DNA from: an uncultured Enterobacteriaceae bacterium
GTDB taxonomy: Bacteria; Pseudomonadota; Gammaproteobacteria; Burkholderiales; SG8-39
Assembly: GCA_964461055.1 (NCBI GenBank)
Contig: CAYWSG010000006.1
Coordinates: 7,198 to 71,197, forward strand
DNA length: 64,000 nucleotides
Reading direction: 5' to 3'
Below the pieces are notes generated by a model that searched no databases, was not told the origin of the DNA, and saw only the letters and a list, made by a program, of their open reading frames with translations. Within the stretch, counting starts at the first letter, position 1. The number at the start of each line of letters is the position of its first letter. The position numbers were made by a program, and so were the translations under genes. Positions 17,511 through 27,441 of this stretch are shown here, in pieces.

Positions 17511-17998
17511 GGCCGCGGCAGCTCGGCCTTCTTGACGGCTTCGGTCTGCTTCTGCCGGAATTCCGCGAGCTTCTTCGCCAGGGCGGCGTCCGAAAGCGCG
17601 AGCATGGCAATGGCGAAGAGCGACGCGTTCGCCGCGCCCGCGTCGCCGATGGCGAGCGTCGCCACGGGAATGCCCTTGGGCATCTGGACCGTCGAGAGCA
17701 GCGAGTCGAGCCCCTGCAAATGCCTGGAGGGCATCGGAACGCCGAGCACCGGGAGCGTCGTGTGCGCGGCGACGACGCCGGCGAGATGCGCCGCGCCGCC
17801 GGCGGCGGCGATGATCACCTTCATGCCCCTGCCTACCGCCGCGCCCGCCCACTCGGCCACGAGCTGCGGCGAGCGGTGCGCGGACATCGCTTTCGCCTCG
17901 TAGGCGACGCCGAACTCCTCCAGCATCTTCGCCGCGTTCTTCATGGTCTCCCAGTCCGACGTGGAGCCCATCACGATGCCCACCAGAGGTTCAGCCAT
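17507..17998 (-). CDS. purE: 5-(carboxyamino)imidazole ribonucleotide mutase
   Basis: 163 aa with [10 protein letters not shown] and [14 protein letters not shown]. Confidence 0.95.
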   Translation of the reverse strand: MAEPLVGIVMGSTSDWETMKNAAKMLEEFGVAYEAKAMSAHRSPQLVAEWAGAAVGRGMKVIIAAAGGAAHLAGVVAAHTTLPVLGVPMPSRHLQGLDSLLSTVQMPKGIPVATLAIGDAGAANASLFAIAMLALSDAALAKKLAEFRQKQTEAVKKAELPRP

Positions 17999-18896
17999 CG
18001 AGTCCCTTTCCGTCGAGTGTGCGTCCCGTCAGCCGCTGCAGCGCCTCGCGATACTTCTCGGAGGTCTTCGCGATCACCTCCGCCGGCAGCCTCGGCGCGG
18101 GCGGCTTCTTGTCCCAGCCGAGCGTCTCGAGGTAATCGCGCACGTATTGCTTGTCGTACGACGGCGGCGAGACGCCCACTCGGTAGGCGTCGGCGGGCCA
18201 GAAGCGCGAGGAATCGGCAGTGAGGACCTCGTCGATGAGGACCAGGGTGCCTTTCCCGTCCAGGCCGAACTCGAACTTGGTATCGGCGATGATGATGCCC
18301 CTGGTCGCCGCGTACTCGCTCGCCTCCTTGTAGAGGCGGAGGCTGATGTCGCGCACCTTCGCGGCGAGATCCTTCCCGATCAGCTTCTCGACCTCCTCGA
18401 ACGAGATGTTCTCGTCGTGCCCGCTTTCGGCCTTGGTCGCCGGCGTGAAGATCGCCTCGGGCAGCTTCTCGGCCTGCTGCAGCCCTTGCGGCAACGGGAG
18501 GCCGCAGATCTTTCCGGTCTTCTGGTAGTCCTTCCACCCCGAGCCGATGATGTAGCCGCGCACCACCGCCTCGATGGGGAGCGGCTTCAGCTTCTTCACC
18601 ACCATGGCGCGCCCTCGCACCTGGGGCCGTTCGTCGGGCTGCACCACCGTCTCCGGATCGATCCCCGTGAGCTGGTGCGGCACGATATGGCCGAGGCGGG
18701 CGAACCAGAACTCGGCCATCGCGTTCAGCACGCGGCCCTTGTCGGGGATCGGATCGGGGAGCACCACGTCGAAGGCGGAAAGCCGGTCGGAGACGACGAT
18801 CAGCATCTTGTCCTCGCCGACGGCGTAGATGTCGCGCACCTTGCCCTTGCCGATGCGCGGAAGGCTGCCGATCGTCGACTCGTAGAGGGCCGTCAC
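17991..18896 (-). CDS. purC: phosphoribosylaminoimidazole-succinocarboxamide synthase
   Basis: Tail of ORF 17991-19796. GTG start at 18896 overlaps the fba stop (GTGA). Motifs [23 protein letters not shown]. Confidence 0.9.
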   Translation of the reverse strand: MTALYESTIGSLPRIGKGKVRDIYAVGEDKMLIVVSDRLSAFDVVLPDPIPDKGRVLNAMAEFWFARLGHIVPHQLTGIDPETVVQPDERPQVRGRAMVVKKLKPLPIEAVVRGYIIGSGWKDYQKTGKICGLPLPQGLQQAEKLPEAIFTPATKAESGHDENISFEEVEKLIGKDLAAKVRDISLRLYKEASEYAATRGIIIADTKFEFGLDGKGTLVLIDEVLTADSSRFWPADAYRVGVSPPSYDKQYVRDYLETLGWDKKPPAPRLPAEVIAKTSEKYREALQRLTGRTLDGKGLDG

Positions 18897-19915
18897 GCGG
18901 CCTGTCTTTCGAGCTCCGGCCTCCACTTGCCCGTCGAGGCAAGGGCGTTCATGTGGGCTCGGTGGTAGAACGCCTTCTGCGCCGCGCCGACGTTCTCTGC
19001 CTGCCCGCGCCAGGTCTTGAGCGCCGGATTCTGCAGCGCCCTCGAGTACGAGAAGGTAAGCGGCCAGGGCAGGCCGGGCATGGCTGCCATGGCGCTCAAG
19101 TGCGCCGTGGCCGCCTCGTCCGACTGTCCGCCGGAGAGGAAGACGATGCCCGGCTGCGCGGCCGGCACGGTGCGCTTCAGCACCCGCACGGTGCGCTCGG
19201 CCACTTCTTCCACGCCGGCCTGGCGCGGATGGTCCTTGCCCGAGACCACCATGCTCGTCTTCAGGATCACGTGCTCCACCGAGACGTTGTAGGCGGCGAG
19301 CGCCGCGTAGGTGGCGCGCAGCGTCGCCTCGTGCACTTCTTCCGATCGCTCGACGCTGTGGTTGCCGTCGAGCAGCACCTCGGGCTCGATCATCGGCACG
19401 ATGGAAGCCTCCTGGCAGATGGCGGCGTAGCGCGCGAGCGCATGCGCGTTGGCGTAGAGGCAGGTGTGCGTGGGCAGCCCCTCGCCGATGGTGATCACCG
19501 CGCGCCACTTGGCGAAGCGGCACCCCATCTCGAAGTACTCCTTCATGCGCTTCTGCAGGCCGTCGAGGCCCTCGGTGACCTTCTCGCCGTTCGTGAACGG
19601 GATGTTGACGGTGCCCTTGTCGACCTTGATGCCGGGCACGATGCCCTTCTTCTCGAGGTACTGCGGGATGGGGCTGCCGTCGACCGCCTTCTGGCGCGCC
19701 GTTTCGTCGAAGAGAATGACCCCGGAGAGGAACTTCTCGACTCCCGGCGTGCTGAAAAGGAGGTTGCGGTAGGTGCGGCGGTTTTCCTCCGTGCACTCCA
19801 CGTTCACCGACTTGAACCGCTTCTCGCAGGTTCCGCTCGACTCGTCCGCGGCAAGAATGCCGCGACCCTTGGCGACCATCGCGGCCGCCGTACTGGATAA
19901 CAGTGCCTTGTCCAT
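18893..19915 (-). CDS. fba: fructose-bisphosphate aldolase, class I
   Basis: Tail of ORF 18893-20488, from MDKALLSS. Motifs [25 protein letters not shown] (Schiff-base Lys region), FLSGGQS. Confidence 0.9.
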   Translation of the reverse strand: MDKALLSSTAAAMVAKGRGILAADESSGTCEKRFKSVNVECTEENRRTYRNLLFSTPGVEKFLSGVILFDETARQKAVDGSPIPQYLEKKGIVPGIKVDKGTVNIPFTNGEKVTEGLDGLQKRMKEYFEMGCRFAKWRAVITIGEGLPTHTCLYANAHALARYAAICQEASIVPMIEPEVLLDGNHSVERSEEVHEATLRATYAALAAYNVSVEHVILKTSMVVSGKDHPRQAGVEEVAERTVRVLKRTVPAAQPGIVFLSGGQSDEAATAHLSAMAAMPGLPWPLTFSYSRALQNPALKTWRGQAENVGAAQKAFYHRAHMNALASTGKWRPELERQAA

Positions 19916-20019
19916 GCGCTGGATCTCTCGAATAGTGGGTTTCAACTGCGCTCTGGCAGACAGGAAGCGGAAAATTCTACCGCTTCCCCGCACGAGCACC
20001 ATGGCTATCATAGAGAAGC

Positions 20020-20517
20020 ATGGCCTTGTTCCGCTCGCTCCGCTTGCAGCTGCGCATAGGCACGATGGCGCTCGCGCCGATCGCCGTGGGATTCGCGGCT
20101 GGCTGCGCGACGCCGCCCGCTCCGCCTGCCGTGGCGCCGGTCGAGGCGGCGGCGGCCGATGAGGCGGCGCGGCACGCCGCGGCGATGGTCGGCCGGCCGT
20201 ACCGTTTCGGCGGCCGCCATCCCTCCACCGGATTCGACTGCAGCGGCCTCGTCTACTACAGCTACCGCAGCGCCGGCGTGCAACTACCGCGCACGACGCA
20301 GAGCCTCTTCGCGTCGTCCCGGCCCGTCGCGCGCAAGGCACTCCGGCGGGGCGACCTCCTTTTCTTCGACCAGCAGGGCCAGAAACGCTCGCACGTCGGC
20401 ATCTATCTCGGCGGCGGCCGGTTCGTCCATGCGCCCTCTTCCGGCAAGACGGTGCGCACGGACCGGATCGACAATCCCTACTGGGCAAGGAACTTGTCGG
20501 CGCTGCGTCGCTTCTAA
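20020..20517 (+). CDS. NlpC/P60 (C40) family peptidoglycan peptidase lipoprotein
   Basis: 165 aa with lipobox GFAAGC, catalytic DCSGLVYY and HVGIYLG. Confidence 0.85.
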   Translation: MALFRSLRLQLRIGTMALAPIAVGFAAGCATPPAPPAVAPVEAAAADEAARHAAAMVGRPYRFGGRHPSTGFDCSGLVYYSYRSAGVQLPRTTQSLFASSRPVARKALRRGDLLFFDQQGQKRSHVGIYLGGGRFVHAPSSGKTVRTDRIDNPYWARNLSALRRF

Positions 20518-20595
20518 GCGATAATCGCGTCCCTTGAAGAAGGACGCGGCCGGCCCCATGCTGTGCGGCGCGGCTCGGCGAAAAGACGCAAATCC

Positions 20596-21516
20596 ATGAT
20601 CCGCATAGACAACCTGGTCAAGACGTTCGGCGCCAAGCGCGCTGTCGACGGCATCTCGTTCACCGTCGAGCGAGGCGAGGTGCTCGGCTTCCTGGGGCCC
20701 AACGGCGCCGGCAAGTCCACCACCATGCGCATGATCACGGGCTTCATTGCCCCGAGCGCAGGCACGGTCACCGTGGGCGGCTTCGATGTCGCGCAATCTC
20801 CGCTCGAGGCGAAGCGCCTCATCGGCTACCTCCCGGAGAACGCCGCCGCGTATACGGACATGACCGTGCACGGCTTCCTCGATTTCGCCGCGGAGATCCG
20901 CGGCCTCGCCGGCGAGGCGCGAAAGCGCGCCGTGCACGCGGTGGCCGAGCGCTGCTTTCTCGGGTCGGTCCTGTACCAGTCGATCGACACGCTTTCGAAG
21001 GGCTACCGGCACCGGACCTGCCTCGCCCAGGCGCTCATCCACGACCCGGACGTGCTGATCATGGACGAGCCGACCGACGGCCTGGATCCGAACCAGAAGC
21101 ACGAGGTTCGCAACCTCATCCGCGAGCTGGGACGAAGCAAGGCGATCATCTTCTCCACCCACATCCTTGAGGAGGTCGACGCCGCCTGCACGCGGGCGAT
21201 CATCATCGACCGCGGCCGCCTGGTGGCGAACGGCACCCCCGAGGAGCTGCGCGCGATGTCGACGCTCGCCGGCGCGGTCACGCTCAAGGCCGAGGGCGCC
21301 ACCGCGGAAGACCTCGCGCCGCTCGGGCGCGTGGAGGCGCTCGGCGACGCGTTCCGCATCTACCCCGCGGACAAGGCGAAGGCCGCCGAACTCTCCCGGG
21401 CCGTCATCGACCTCGTGAGCCGCCGCAGCTGGAAGATCCACGGCCTCTACAGCGAGCGCGGCGAGCTGGACGAGGTCTTCCGTCGCATCACCCTGCCCGA
21501 CACGGTGAAGGCATGA
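20596..21516 (+). CDS. ABC transporter ATP-binding protein (ABC-2/GldA-like)
   Basis: ORF trimmed to MIRIDNLVKTF. Walker A GPNGAGKST, signature LSKGYRHR, Walker B VLIMDEPT. Confidence 0.9.
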   Translation: MIRIDNLVKTFGAKRAVDGISFTVERGEVLGFLGPNGAGKSTTMRMITGFIAPSAGTVTVGGFDVAQSPLEAKRLIGYLPENAAAYTDMTVHGFLDFAAEIRGLAGEARKRAVHAVAERCFLGSVLYQSIDTLSKGYRHRTCLAQALIHDPDVLIMDEPTDGLDPNQKHEVRNLIRELGRSKAIIFSTHILEEVDAACTRAIIIDRGRLVANGTPEELRAMSTLAGAVTLKAEGATAEDLAPLGRVEALGDAFRIYPADKAKAAELSRAVIDLVSRRSWKIHGLYSERGELDEVFRRITLPDTVKA

Positions 21517-22247
21517 AGATCGTCGGCACCATCATCAAGCGCGAGCTGGGCGCCTACTTCGCCTCGCCGGTCGCCTACGTATTCCTGGTGATCTTCCTCC
21601 TCCTCACCGGCTTCTTCACCTTCACCGCCGGCAACTTCTTCGAGCGCGGAGAAGCGAGCCTCGCCGCCTTCTTCGGCTGGCATCCGTGGATCTTCCTGGT
21701 CGTCGTGCCGGCGATCGGCATGCGGCTGTGGGCCGAAGAGCGCCGCTCCGGAACGCTGGAGCTCCTCTTCACCATGCCCATCGCCACCTGGCAGGCGATC
21801 CTCGGCAAGTTCCTCGCCTCCTGGCTCTTCATCGCCCTCGCCCTCGCCCTCACTTTCCCGGCGGTCATCACGGTGAACGTCCTGGGCGACCCGGACAACG
21901 GCATCATCGTCGCGGGCTACCTGGGCAGCCTTTTCCTCGCCGGCAGCTACCTCGCCATTACCTGCATGACTTCCGCGATGACGCGCAACCAGGTGGTCGC
22001 CTTCATCCTCGCCATCGTCGTCTGCCTCTTTCTCATCCTCGCCGGGTTCACTCCGGTGACCGATCTGCTCGAGCGCTGGGCGAGCCCCGCGTTCGTCGAT
22101 GCCGTCGCGGCGTTCTCGTTCATCACGCACTTCGACGGATTCCAGCGCGGCGTCATCGACTCGCGCGACCTCGTCTTCTTCCTGTCGGTGATCGGCTTCG
22201 CCCTCGTGGCGAACGGCGTCATCCTGCGCGGCCACAGGGCCGGCTAG
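21513..22247 (+). CDS. ABC-2 type transporter permease (GldF-like)
   Basis: 244 aa with six hydrophobic segments. ATGA overlap with the ATPase gene. Confidence 0.85.
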   Translation: MKIVGTIIKRELGAYFASPVAYVFLVIFLLLTGFFTFTAGNFFERGEASLAAFFGWHPWIFLVVVPAIGMRLWAEERRSGTLELLFTMPIATWQAILGKFLASWLFIALALALTFPAVITVNVLGDPDNGIIVAGYLGSLFLAGSYLAITCMTSAMTRNQVVAFILAIVVCLFLILAGFTPVTDLLERWASPAFVDAVAAFSFITHFDGFQRGVIDSRDLVFFLSVIGFALVANGVILRGHRAG

Positions 22248-22266
22248 CCCGCCCAGCGAGACGATC

Positions 22267-24138
22267 ATGAAGAGATCCAGGCAAGTCCTCTATTCCATCG
22301 CCGGCCTCGCGGCGCTTTTCCTGCTCCTCGTGGCGGCGAACTTCCTCCTCGCGAAAGTGCCCGTGCAGGCGGACCTCACCGAAGGCAACCTGTACACGCT
22401 CGCCGAAGGGACCCGCAAGATCCTGCGCGGGCTCGAGTCGCCGGTGCGCCTCAAGCTCTACATCTCGCGCGGCGAGGACGTGCCCGTTCAGCTGCGCAGC
22501 TTCGCCCAGCGCGTCGACGACCTGGTGAGCGAGTTCAAGGCGGTCGCCGGGCCCAATCTCATCGTCGAGCGCTACAACCCCGAGCCCGACACCGAGGAAG
22601 AGGACGCGGCCCAGCTCGATGGCGTGGAGCCGCAGCAGCTCCTCACCGGCCAGTCGTTCTATCTCGGCGTGGTGGCGAGCCAGCTCGACCGCAAGCAGGT
22701 GATTCCGGGCATCACGCCGCAGCGCGAGCGCCAGCTCGAGTACGACCTCATCCGCGCGATCGCCCGGGCGGCGAACCCCGAGCGGCCGAAGATCGGCCTG
22801 ATGGCGGGCCTGCCGGTCATGGGGCAGAGCTTCAACCCCTTCACGCGGCAAAGCTCCGATCCCTGGGTGCTCGCGAACGAGCTCAAGCGCGAGTTCGACG
22901 TGCAGCAGGTGCCGCTCGGCGCAAAGGAGATCGACAAGGAGATCGACGTCCTGCTGCTCATCCACCCGCGCGAGCTCTCGGCCGAGACCGAGTACGCGCT
23001 CGACCAGTTCGTGCTGCGCGGCGGCAAGCTCATCGCCTTCGTCGATCCCTACGCCTACTTCGACCAGACGCCCACCATGCCGGGCATCCCGCCGCAGCCC
23101 ACCAGCTCGACGATGGAGCGGCTCTTCAAGGCCTGGGGCGTGGAGATGGACGCGACCAAGGTGCTCTCCGACGTGGTGTTCGGCGCGGGCGACGGGCAGC
23201 GCTACACCCCGACGGTGCTCGCGCTCAACCGCACGGCGTTCAACCGCGACGATGTCGTCACCGGCAGCATCGAGTCGCTGCTCTACCCGTTCGGCGGCGC
23301 CTTCCGGGTGAAGCCGCCCGAGGGGCTGTCGGCCACCACGCTCGTGCACAGCTCGCCCGAGTCGATGCTCGTGGAGAGCGCCGAAGCGACGAAGTCGGGC
23401 GACGAGGCGACGAAGCGCTTCAAGCCCTCCGGCACCGCCTTCCCGCTCGCCGTGCGGCTCACCGGAAAGTTCCGCACCGCCTTCGCGGACGGCGTCGTGC
23501 TGGACGACAAGGAGAAGAAGCCGCTGCCGGGCACGCCGCAGCTGCGTGAAAGCGAAAAGGAGAACTCGGTGGTGCTCGTCGCCGACGTCGACCTCCTCGC
23601 CGACGGCGCGGCCGTCGACATCCGCGAGATCTTCGGCCGGCGCGTGGTCACGCCGTCGAACGACAACCTCGCATTCGCAATCGGCCTCGTGGATCTCTTC
23701 GCCGCGGGCGAAGACCTCATCTCGCTTCGCAGCCGCGCCGGGTCGTTCCGTCCGCTCACCGTGGTGCGCGAGCTGGAAGCCCAGGCGCAGAAGCAGTACT
23801 TCGGCCGCATCCAGTCGCTGGAGGAAGAGCTGCAGCGCACCACCGAGAAGCTCGAGGCCCTTCAGCAGGCGCGCGGACCGCAGGGCGCGCCGCAGGGCGC
23901 GAGCGCCCAGCTCCTCACCCCCGAGCAGCAGGCGGAGCTCGAGCGCTTCCGCAAGACCGTCGCCGAGACGCGGCTCGCGCTGCGCGAGGTGCGCCGCGAG
24001 CTGCGCCAGGATTCCGAGGCGCTCGTCTTCTGGACCAAGGTCGCCAACATCGCCCTGGTGCCGCTCCTCGTGGCCCTCGCCGGCCTCGTGGTGGCGCTCG
24101 TTCGCCGGCGCAGGGCCGCCCGGTACGCGCGCGCATGA
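22267..24138 (+). CDS. GldG-like ABC transporter auxiliary protein (ABC-type uncharacterised transport system)
   Basis: 623 aa. N-terminal TM then DLTEGNLYTLAEGT...VRLKLYIS pattern, and a C-terminal TM (VANIALVPLLVALAGLVVALV). Confidence 0.75.
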   Translation: MKRSRQVLYSIAGLAALFLLLVAANFLLAKVPVQADLTEGNLYTLAEGTRKILRGLESPVRLKLYISRGEDVPVQLRSFAQRVDDLVSEFKAVAGPNLIVERYNPEPDTEEEDAAQLDGVEPQQLLTGQSFYLGVVASQLDRKQVIPGITPQRERQLEYDLIRAIARAANPERPKIGLMAGLPVMGQSFNPFTRQSSDPWVLANELKREFDVQQVPLGAKEIDKEIDVLLLIHPRELSAETEYALDQFVLRGGKLIAFVDPYAYFDQTPTMPGIPPQPTSSTMERLFKAWGVEMDATKVLSDVVFGAGDGQRYTPTVLALNRTAFNRDDVVTGSIESLLYPFGGAFRVKPPEGLSATTLVHSSPESMLVESAEATKSGDEATKRFKPSGTAFPLAVRLTGKFRTAFADGVVLDDKEKKPLPGTPQLRESEKENSVVLVADVDLLADGAAVDIREIFGRRVVTPSNDNLAFAIGLVDLFAAGEDLISLRSRAGSFRPLTVVRELEAQAQKQYFGRIQSLEEELQRTTEKLEALQQARGPQGAPQGASAQLLTPEQQAELERFRKTVAETRLALREVRRELRQDSEALVFWTKVANIALVPLLVALAGLVVALVRRRRAARYARA

Positions 24139-25145
24139 GCGGCCGCCTCGTTCTCGTCCTCATCGCGCTCGCCGTCGTGGTCGGCGGGGCGGCGCTCCTC
24201 TACCAGCGCCAGGAAGCCGCGCGTCAGCCGGACTCGGCGGCGCTCCTCGGCCAGCGGATCTTCGGCGAGCTGCAGGCCGCGGAGGTCGCGGCGATCCGCA
24301 TCGTCGAGCCGGACGGGAAGCTCACCATCGAGAAGAAGGGCGACGCCTGGGTAATCCCCGAGCGCGAGGGCTTCCCGGCGGACGTGAAGGCCGTGCGCGA
24401 TTTCGTGCTCAAGGCGCTCGAGCTCAAGGTCGGCCAGAGCGAGCCGATCGGCGACAGGGACCGCGCCCGCCTCAACCTCGACGAGTCGGGCACGCGCGTG
24501 GAGTTCGCCGGCGCCGACGGCAAGCCGCTTGCGGCCATGGTGGTCGGCAAGAAGTACTTCCGCCGCGAGGTCGCCGACCCGTCGAAGGCCACGGCCGACG
24601 GCCGCTTCCTCCAGGTGCCGGACAAGACCGGCGTGGTCTACATCGTCTCCGATCCGCTCGAGCAGGCGAGCGCCGAGAGCGCGAAGTGGATCGACAAGAC
24701 CGCCTTCAAGATCGAGAAGGTCAAGAGCCTCCAGGTGCGCTTCCCGGATGGCCACAGGTGGCGCGTCGAGCGCGCGCGCGAAGATGCCGACTGGAAGCTC
24801 GAAGGCGCCCGGCCGGGCGAGAAGCTCGAGATCACCAAGGCCAATGCCGCCACGTACACGCTGAGCCTGCTCGAGCTTGCCGACGTGCCGCCGCAGGATG
24901 CGAAGGAAACCGGCCTTGCCAAGCCGATCCGCCTCGACGCCACCACCCTCGAGGGCGCTTCCTACGTTGTTCGCGTGGGCGACAAGAAGGGCGACAACTA
25001 CTACGTGTCCTTCGAGTCCACGAGCGACAAGCCGATCGACAAGCGGCTCTCGCGCTACACGCTGCTCATTCCGCAGGCCAAGCTCGACGATGCGCTGAAG
25101 CGGCGCGACGAGCTGCTCGAGAAGAAGGAAGACGGCAAGAGCTGA
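24135..25145 (+). CDS. DUF4340-like protein (usual partner of GldG-like proteins)
   Basis: 336 aa with an N-terminal TM. ATGA overlap with the GldG-like gene. Family call rests on context and the recalled pattern. Confidence 0.55.
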   Translation: MSGRLVLVLIALAVVVGGAALLYQRQEAARQPDSAALLGQRIFGELQAAEVAAIRIVEPDGKLTIEKKGDAWVIPEREGFPADVKAVRDFVLKALELKVGQSEPIGDRDRARLNLDESGTRVEFAGADGKPLAAMVVGKKYFRREVADPSKATADGRFLQVPDKTGVVYIVSDPLEQASAESAKWIDKTAFKIEKVKSLQVRFPDGHRWRVERAREDADWKLEGARPGEKLEITKANAATYTLSLLELADVPPQDAKETGLAKPIRLDATTLEGASYVVRVGDKKGDNYYVSFESTSDKPIDKRLSRYTLLIPQAKLDDALKRRDELLEKKEDGKS

Positions 25146-25343
25146 GAGGGGAATCCCGGCCTGCGCAGGCCGGCAGGCATCCCGGCCCGCCGCTCGGCCC
25201 ACCTTCTGCGGCGCAGCATTCCGTTCTGGCGCCGCCTCGCCAGAGTTGATGCCTCTTCCTCGCCGCGCCCGCCGGTCAGACGGTTGATTTGCGGGGCCCC
25301 GCAGCGCGACACTGGAGCGGTCCACCGGCTTGAGGAGGCTCCC

Positions 25344-27407
25344 GTGCCACATTCCATCAAGCGTATCCGCACGCTCGCGCTCGTAGGCCAGGCGGGGTGC
25401 GGCAAGACCTCGCTTGCCGAAGCGCTCCTCGCCGCCGCCGGCGCCATCTCTTCCCCCGGGTCCGTCGCGCGCGGCGACACGACGTGCGACTACACGCCCC
25501 TCGAGAAGACGCTGGGCCATTCGCTCAAGCTAGCCGTCGCGAGCTTCGAGGCCGAAGCGGGCGGCGAGGGCGCGAGCATCCACCTGCTCGACACGCCGGG
25601 CTACCCGGACTTCCTCGGCCACTCGCTCCCGGCGCTCGCGGCGGTGGAGACGGCGGCGATCGTCATCGACGCGCAGAAGGGCGTGGAGATGATGAGCGGG
25701 CGCTTCATGCAATGGGCGGGCCGCCGCGGGCTCGACCGCCTGGTGGTCGTGAACAAGATCGACGCGGCCGAGGGCGCCGACCTCGAGCGGCTCCTCGCGG
25801 AGATCCAGGAGGCGTTCGGCAAGGAATGCCTGCCGCTCAATCTGCCCGCCGGCAACCGCTCGCGCGTCAACGACTGCTTCTTCGCACCCTCCGGGGAGGC
25901 GGACTTCTCGTCGGTGGAGGCCGTGCACCGGCAGCTGATCGAGCAGGTCGTCGAGGTCGACGAGAAGTTCACCGAGGCGTACCTCGAGAACGGCGACGTG
26001 GATCCCGGGTCGCTGCACGAGCCGCTCGAGCGGGCGCTTCGCGAAGGACACCTCATTCCGGTCGTGTTCACTTCGGCGACCACGGGCGCCGGCGTCGCCG
26101 AGCTCCTGCAGGTCATCGTCCGCCTGCTGCCGAACCCGACCGAGGGCAACCCGCCGGCCTACATCGCCACGCCCGCCGGGGGCGGCGAGGCGAGCGAGCT
26201 CGTGCCGGTCCCGGACCCCGGCCGGCACGTGCTCGCGCACGTGTTCAAGATCGAGATCGACCCTTACGTGGGGCGGCTTGCCGTGTTCCGCGTCCATCAG
26301 GGCCGCCTGACCCCGGGAACGCAGCTCTACATCGGCGAGGGCCGAAAGCCCGTCAAGGCCGGACACCTCTACAGGCTCCGCGGCAAGCAGCAGATGGAAG
26401 TAAGCGAGGCGCTGCCCGGCGACATCTGCGCGGTGACGAAGATCGACGAGATCCGGTTCGACCACATCCTGCACGACTCGCCCGCCGACGCCCACGTGCA
26501 CGCACGGCCGCTCGAGCTGCCGGCGCCCGTGTTCGGCCTCGCGGTGCAGCCGAGGAAGCGCGGCGACGAGCAGAAGCTCTCCGACGTCCTGCACCGGATC
26601 GTCGCGGAAGATCCGTGCCTGCACATCGAGCACAACACGCAGGCGAACGAGACCGTGATCCGGGGCCTGGGCGAGATGCACCTCAAGACGCTGCTCGAGA
26701 AAATCCAGGCGCAGTACCGGCTCGACCTCGAGACCCGCCCGCCGGCCATTCCCTACCGCGAGACCGTGGCCGCCCGCGCCGACGGCCACAGCCGCCACAA
26801 GAAGCAGACCGGCGGCGCGGGGCAGTTCGGCGAGGTGTACCTGCGCGTCGAGCCGCTGCCGCGCGGGGCGGGCTTCGAGTTCGTCGACTCGGTGAAGGGC
26901 GGCGCCATTCCCAGCCAGTTCATTCCGGCGGTGGAAAAAGGCGTGCGCAACGTCATGGAGTCAGGCTTCGTCGCCGGCTATCCCCTGCAGGACGTGCGCG
27001 TGACCGTCTACGACGGCAAGAGCCACCCCGTCGATTCCAAGGAAGTGGCGTTCGTCTCGGCGGGCCGCAAGGCGTTCCTCGACGCCCTGGCAAAGGCGCG
27101 GCCGATCGTGCTCGAGCCGATCGTCAACGTGGACATCACCGCGCCCGAGGCGCGCATGGGCGACATCGCGGGCGAGCTTGCGGGCCATCGCGCGCACATC
27201 AAGGGCTCCGATACCCCGCGCGCCGGAACGGTGCAGATCACCGCGCAGGCGCCGCTCGCGGAACTGGAGAGCTTTCCGACGCGCCTGAAGTCCCTCACGG
27301 CCGGCCACGGCTCCTACCGCCTCGAGTTCAGCCACTACGAGCCCGCGCCGCCGCAGCTTCAAAGCAAGCTGAGCGCCGCCCACCGGCCGTCGGCCGGCGA
27401 AGAGTAG
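25344..27407 (+). CDS. elongation factor G paralogue (EF-G-like translational GTPase)
   Basis: GTG start 5 nt after GAGGAGG. G1 GQAGCGKTS, G3 DTPGYPDF, G4 NKID, domain IV GGAGQFG. 687 aa. Confidence 0.85.
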   Translation: MPHSIKRIRTLALVGQAGCGKTSLAEALLAAAGAISSPGSVARGDTTCDYTPLEKTLGHSLKLAVASFEAEAGGEGASIHLLDTPGYPDFLGHSLPALAAVETAAIVIDAQKGVEMMSGRFMQWAGRRGLDRLVVVNKIDAAEGADLERLLAEIQEAFGKECLPLNLPAGNRSRVNDCFFAPSGEADFSSVEAVHRQLIEQVVEVDEKFTEAYLENGDVDPGSLHEPLERALREGHLIPVVFTSATTGAGVAELLQVIVRLLPNPTEGNPPAYIATPAGGGEASELVPVPDPGRHVLAHVFKIEIDPYVGRLAVFRVHQGRLTPGTQLYIGEGRKPVKAGHLYRLRGKQQMEVSEALPGDICAVTKIDEIRFDHILHDSPADAHVHARPLELPAPVFGLAVQPRKRGDEQKLSDVLHRIVAEDPCLHIEHNTQANETVIRGLGEMHLKTLLEKIQAQYRLDLETRPPAIPYRETVAARADGHSRHKKQTGGAGQFGEVYLRVEPLPRGAGFEFVDSVKGGAIPSQFIPAVEKGVRNVMESGFVAGYPLQDVRVTVYDGKSHPVDSKEVAFVSAGRKAFLDALAKARPIVLEPIVNVDITAPEARMGDIAGELAGHRAHIKGSDTPRAGTVQITAQAPLAELESFPTRLKSLTAGHGSYRLEFSHYEPAPPQLQSKLSAAHRPSAGEE

Positions 27408-27441
27408 CGTTCACGACCTGCCGCGCGGCCAGCAAGGCGCG

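Noticed and set aside
25146-25343. 198-nt intergenic region examined for a riboswitch, sRNA or tRNA
   Set aside because: Only short GC palindromes are present (CCGGCCTGCGCAGGCCGG, TGCGGGGCCCCGCA). I recognised no cloverleaf or known riboswitch core, so I treat it as a leader/terminator region of uncertain function.
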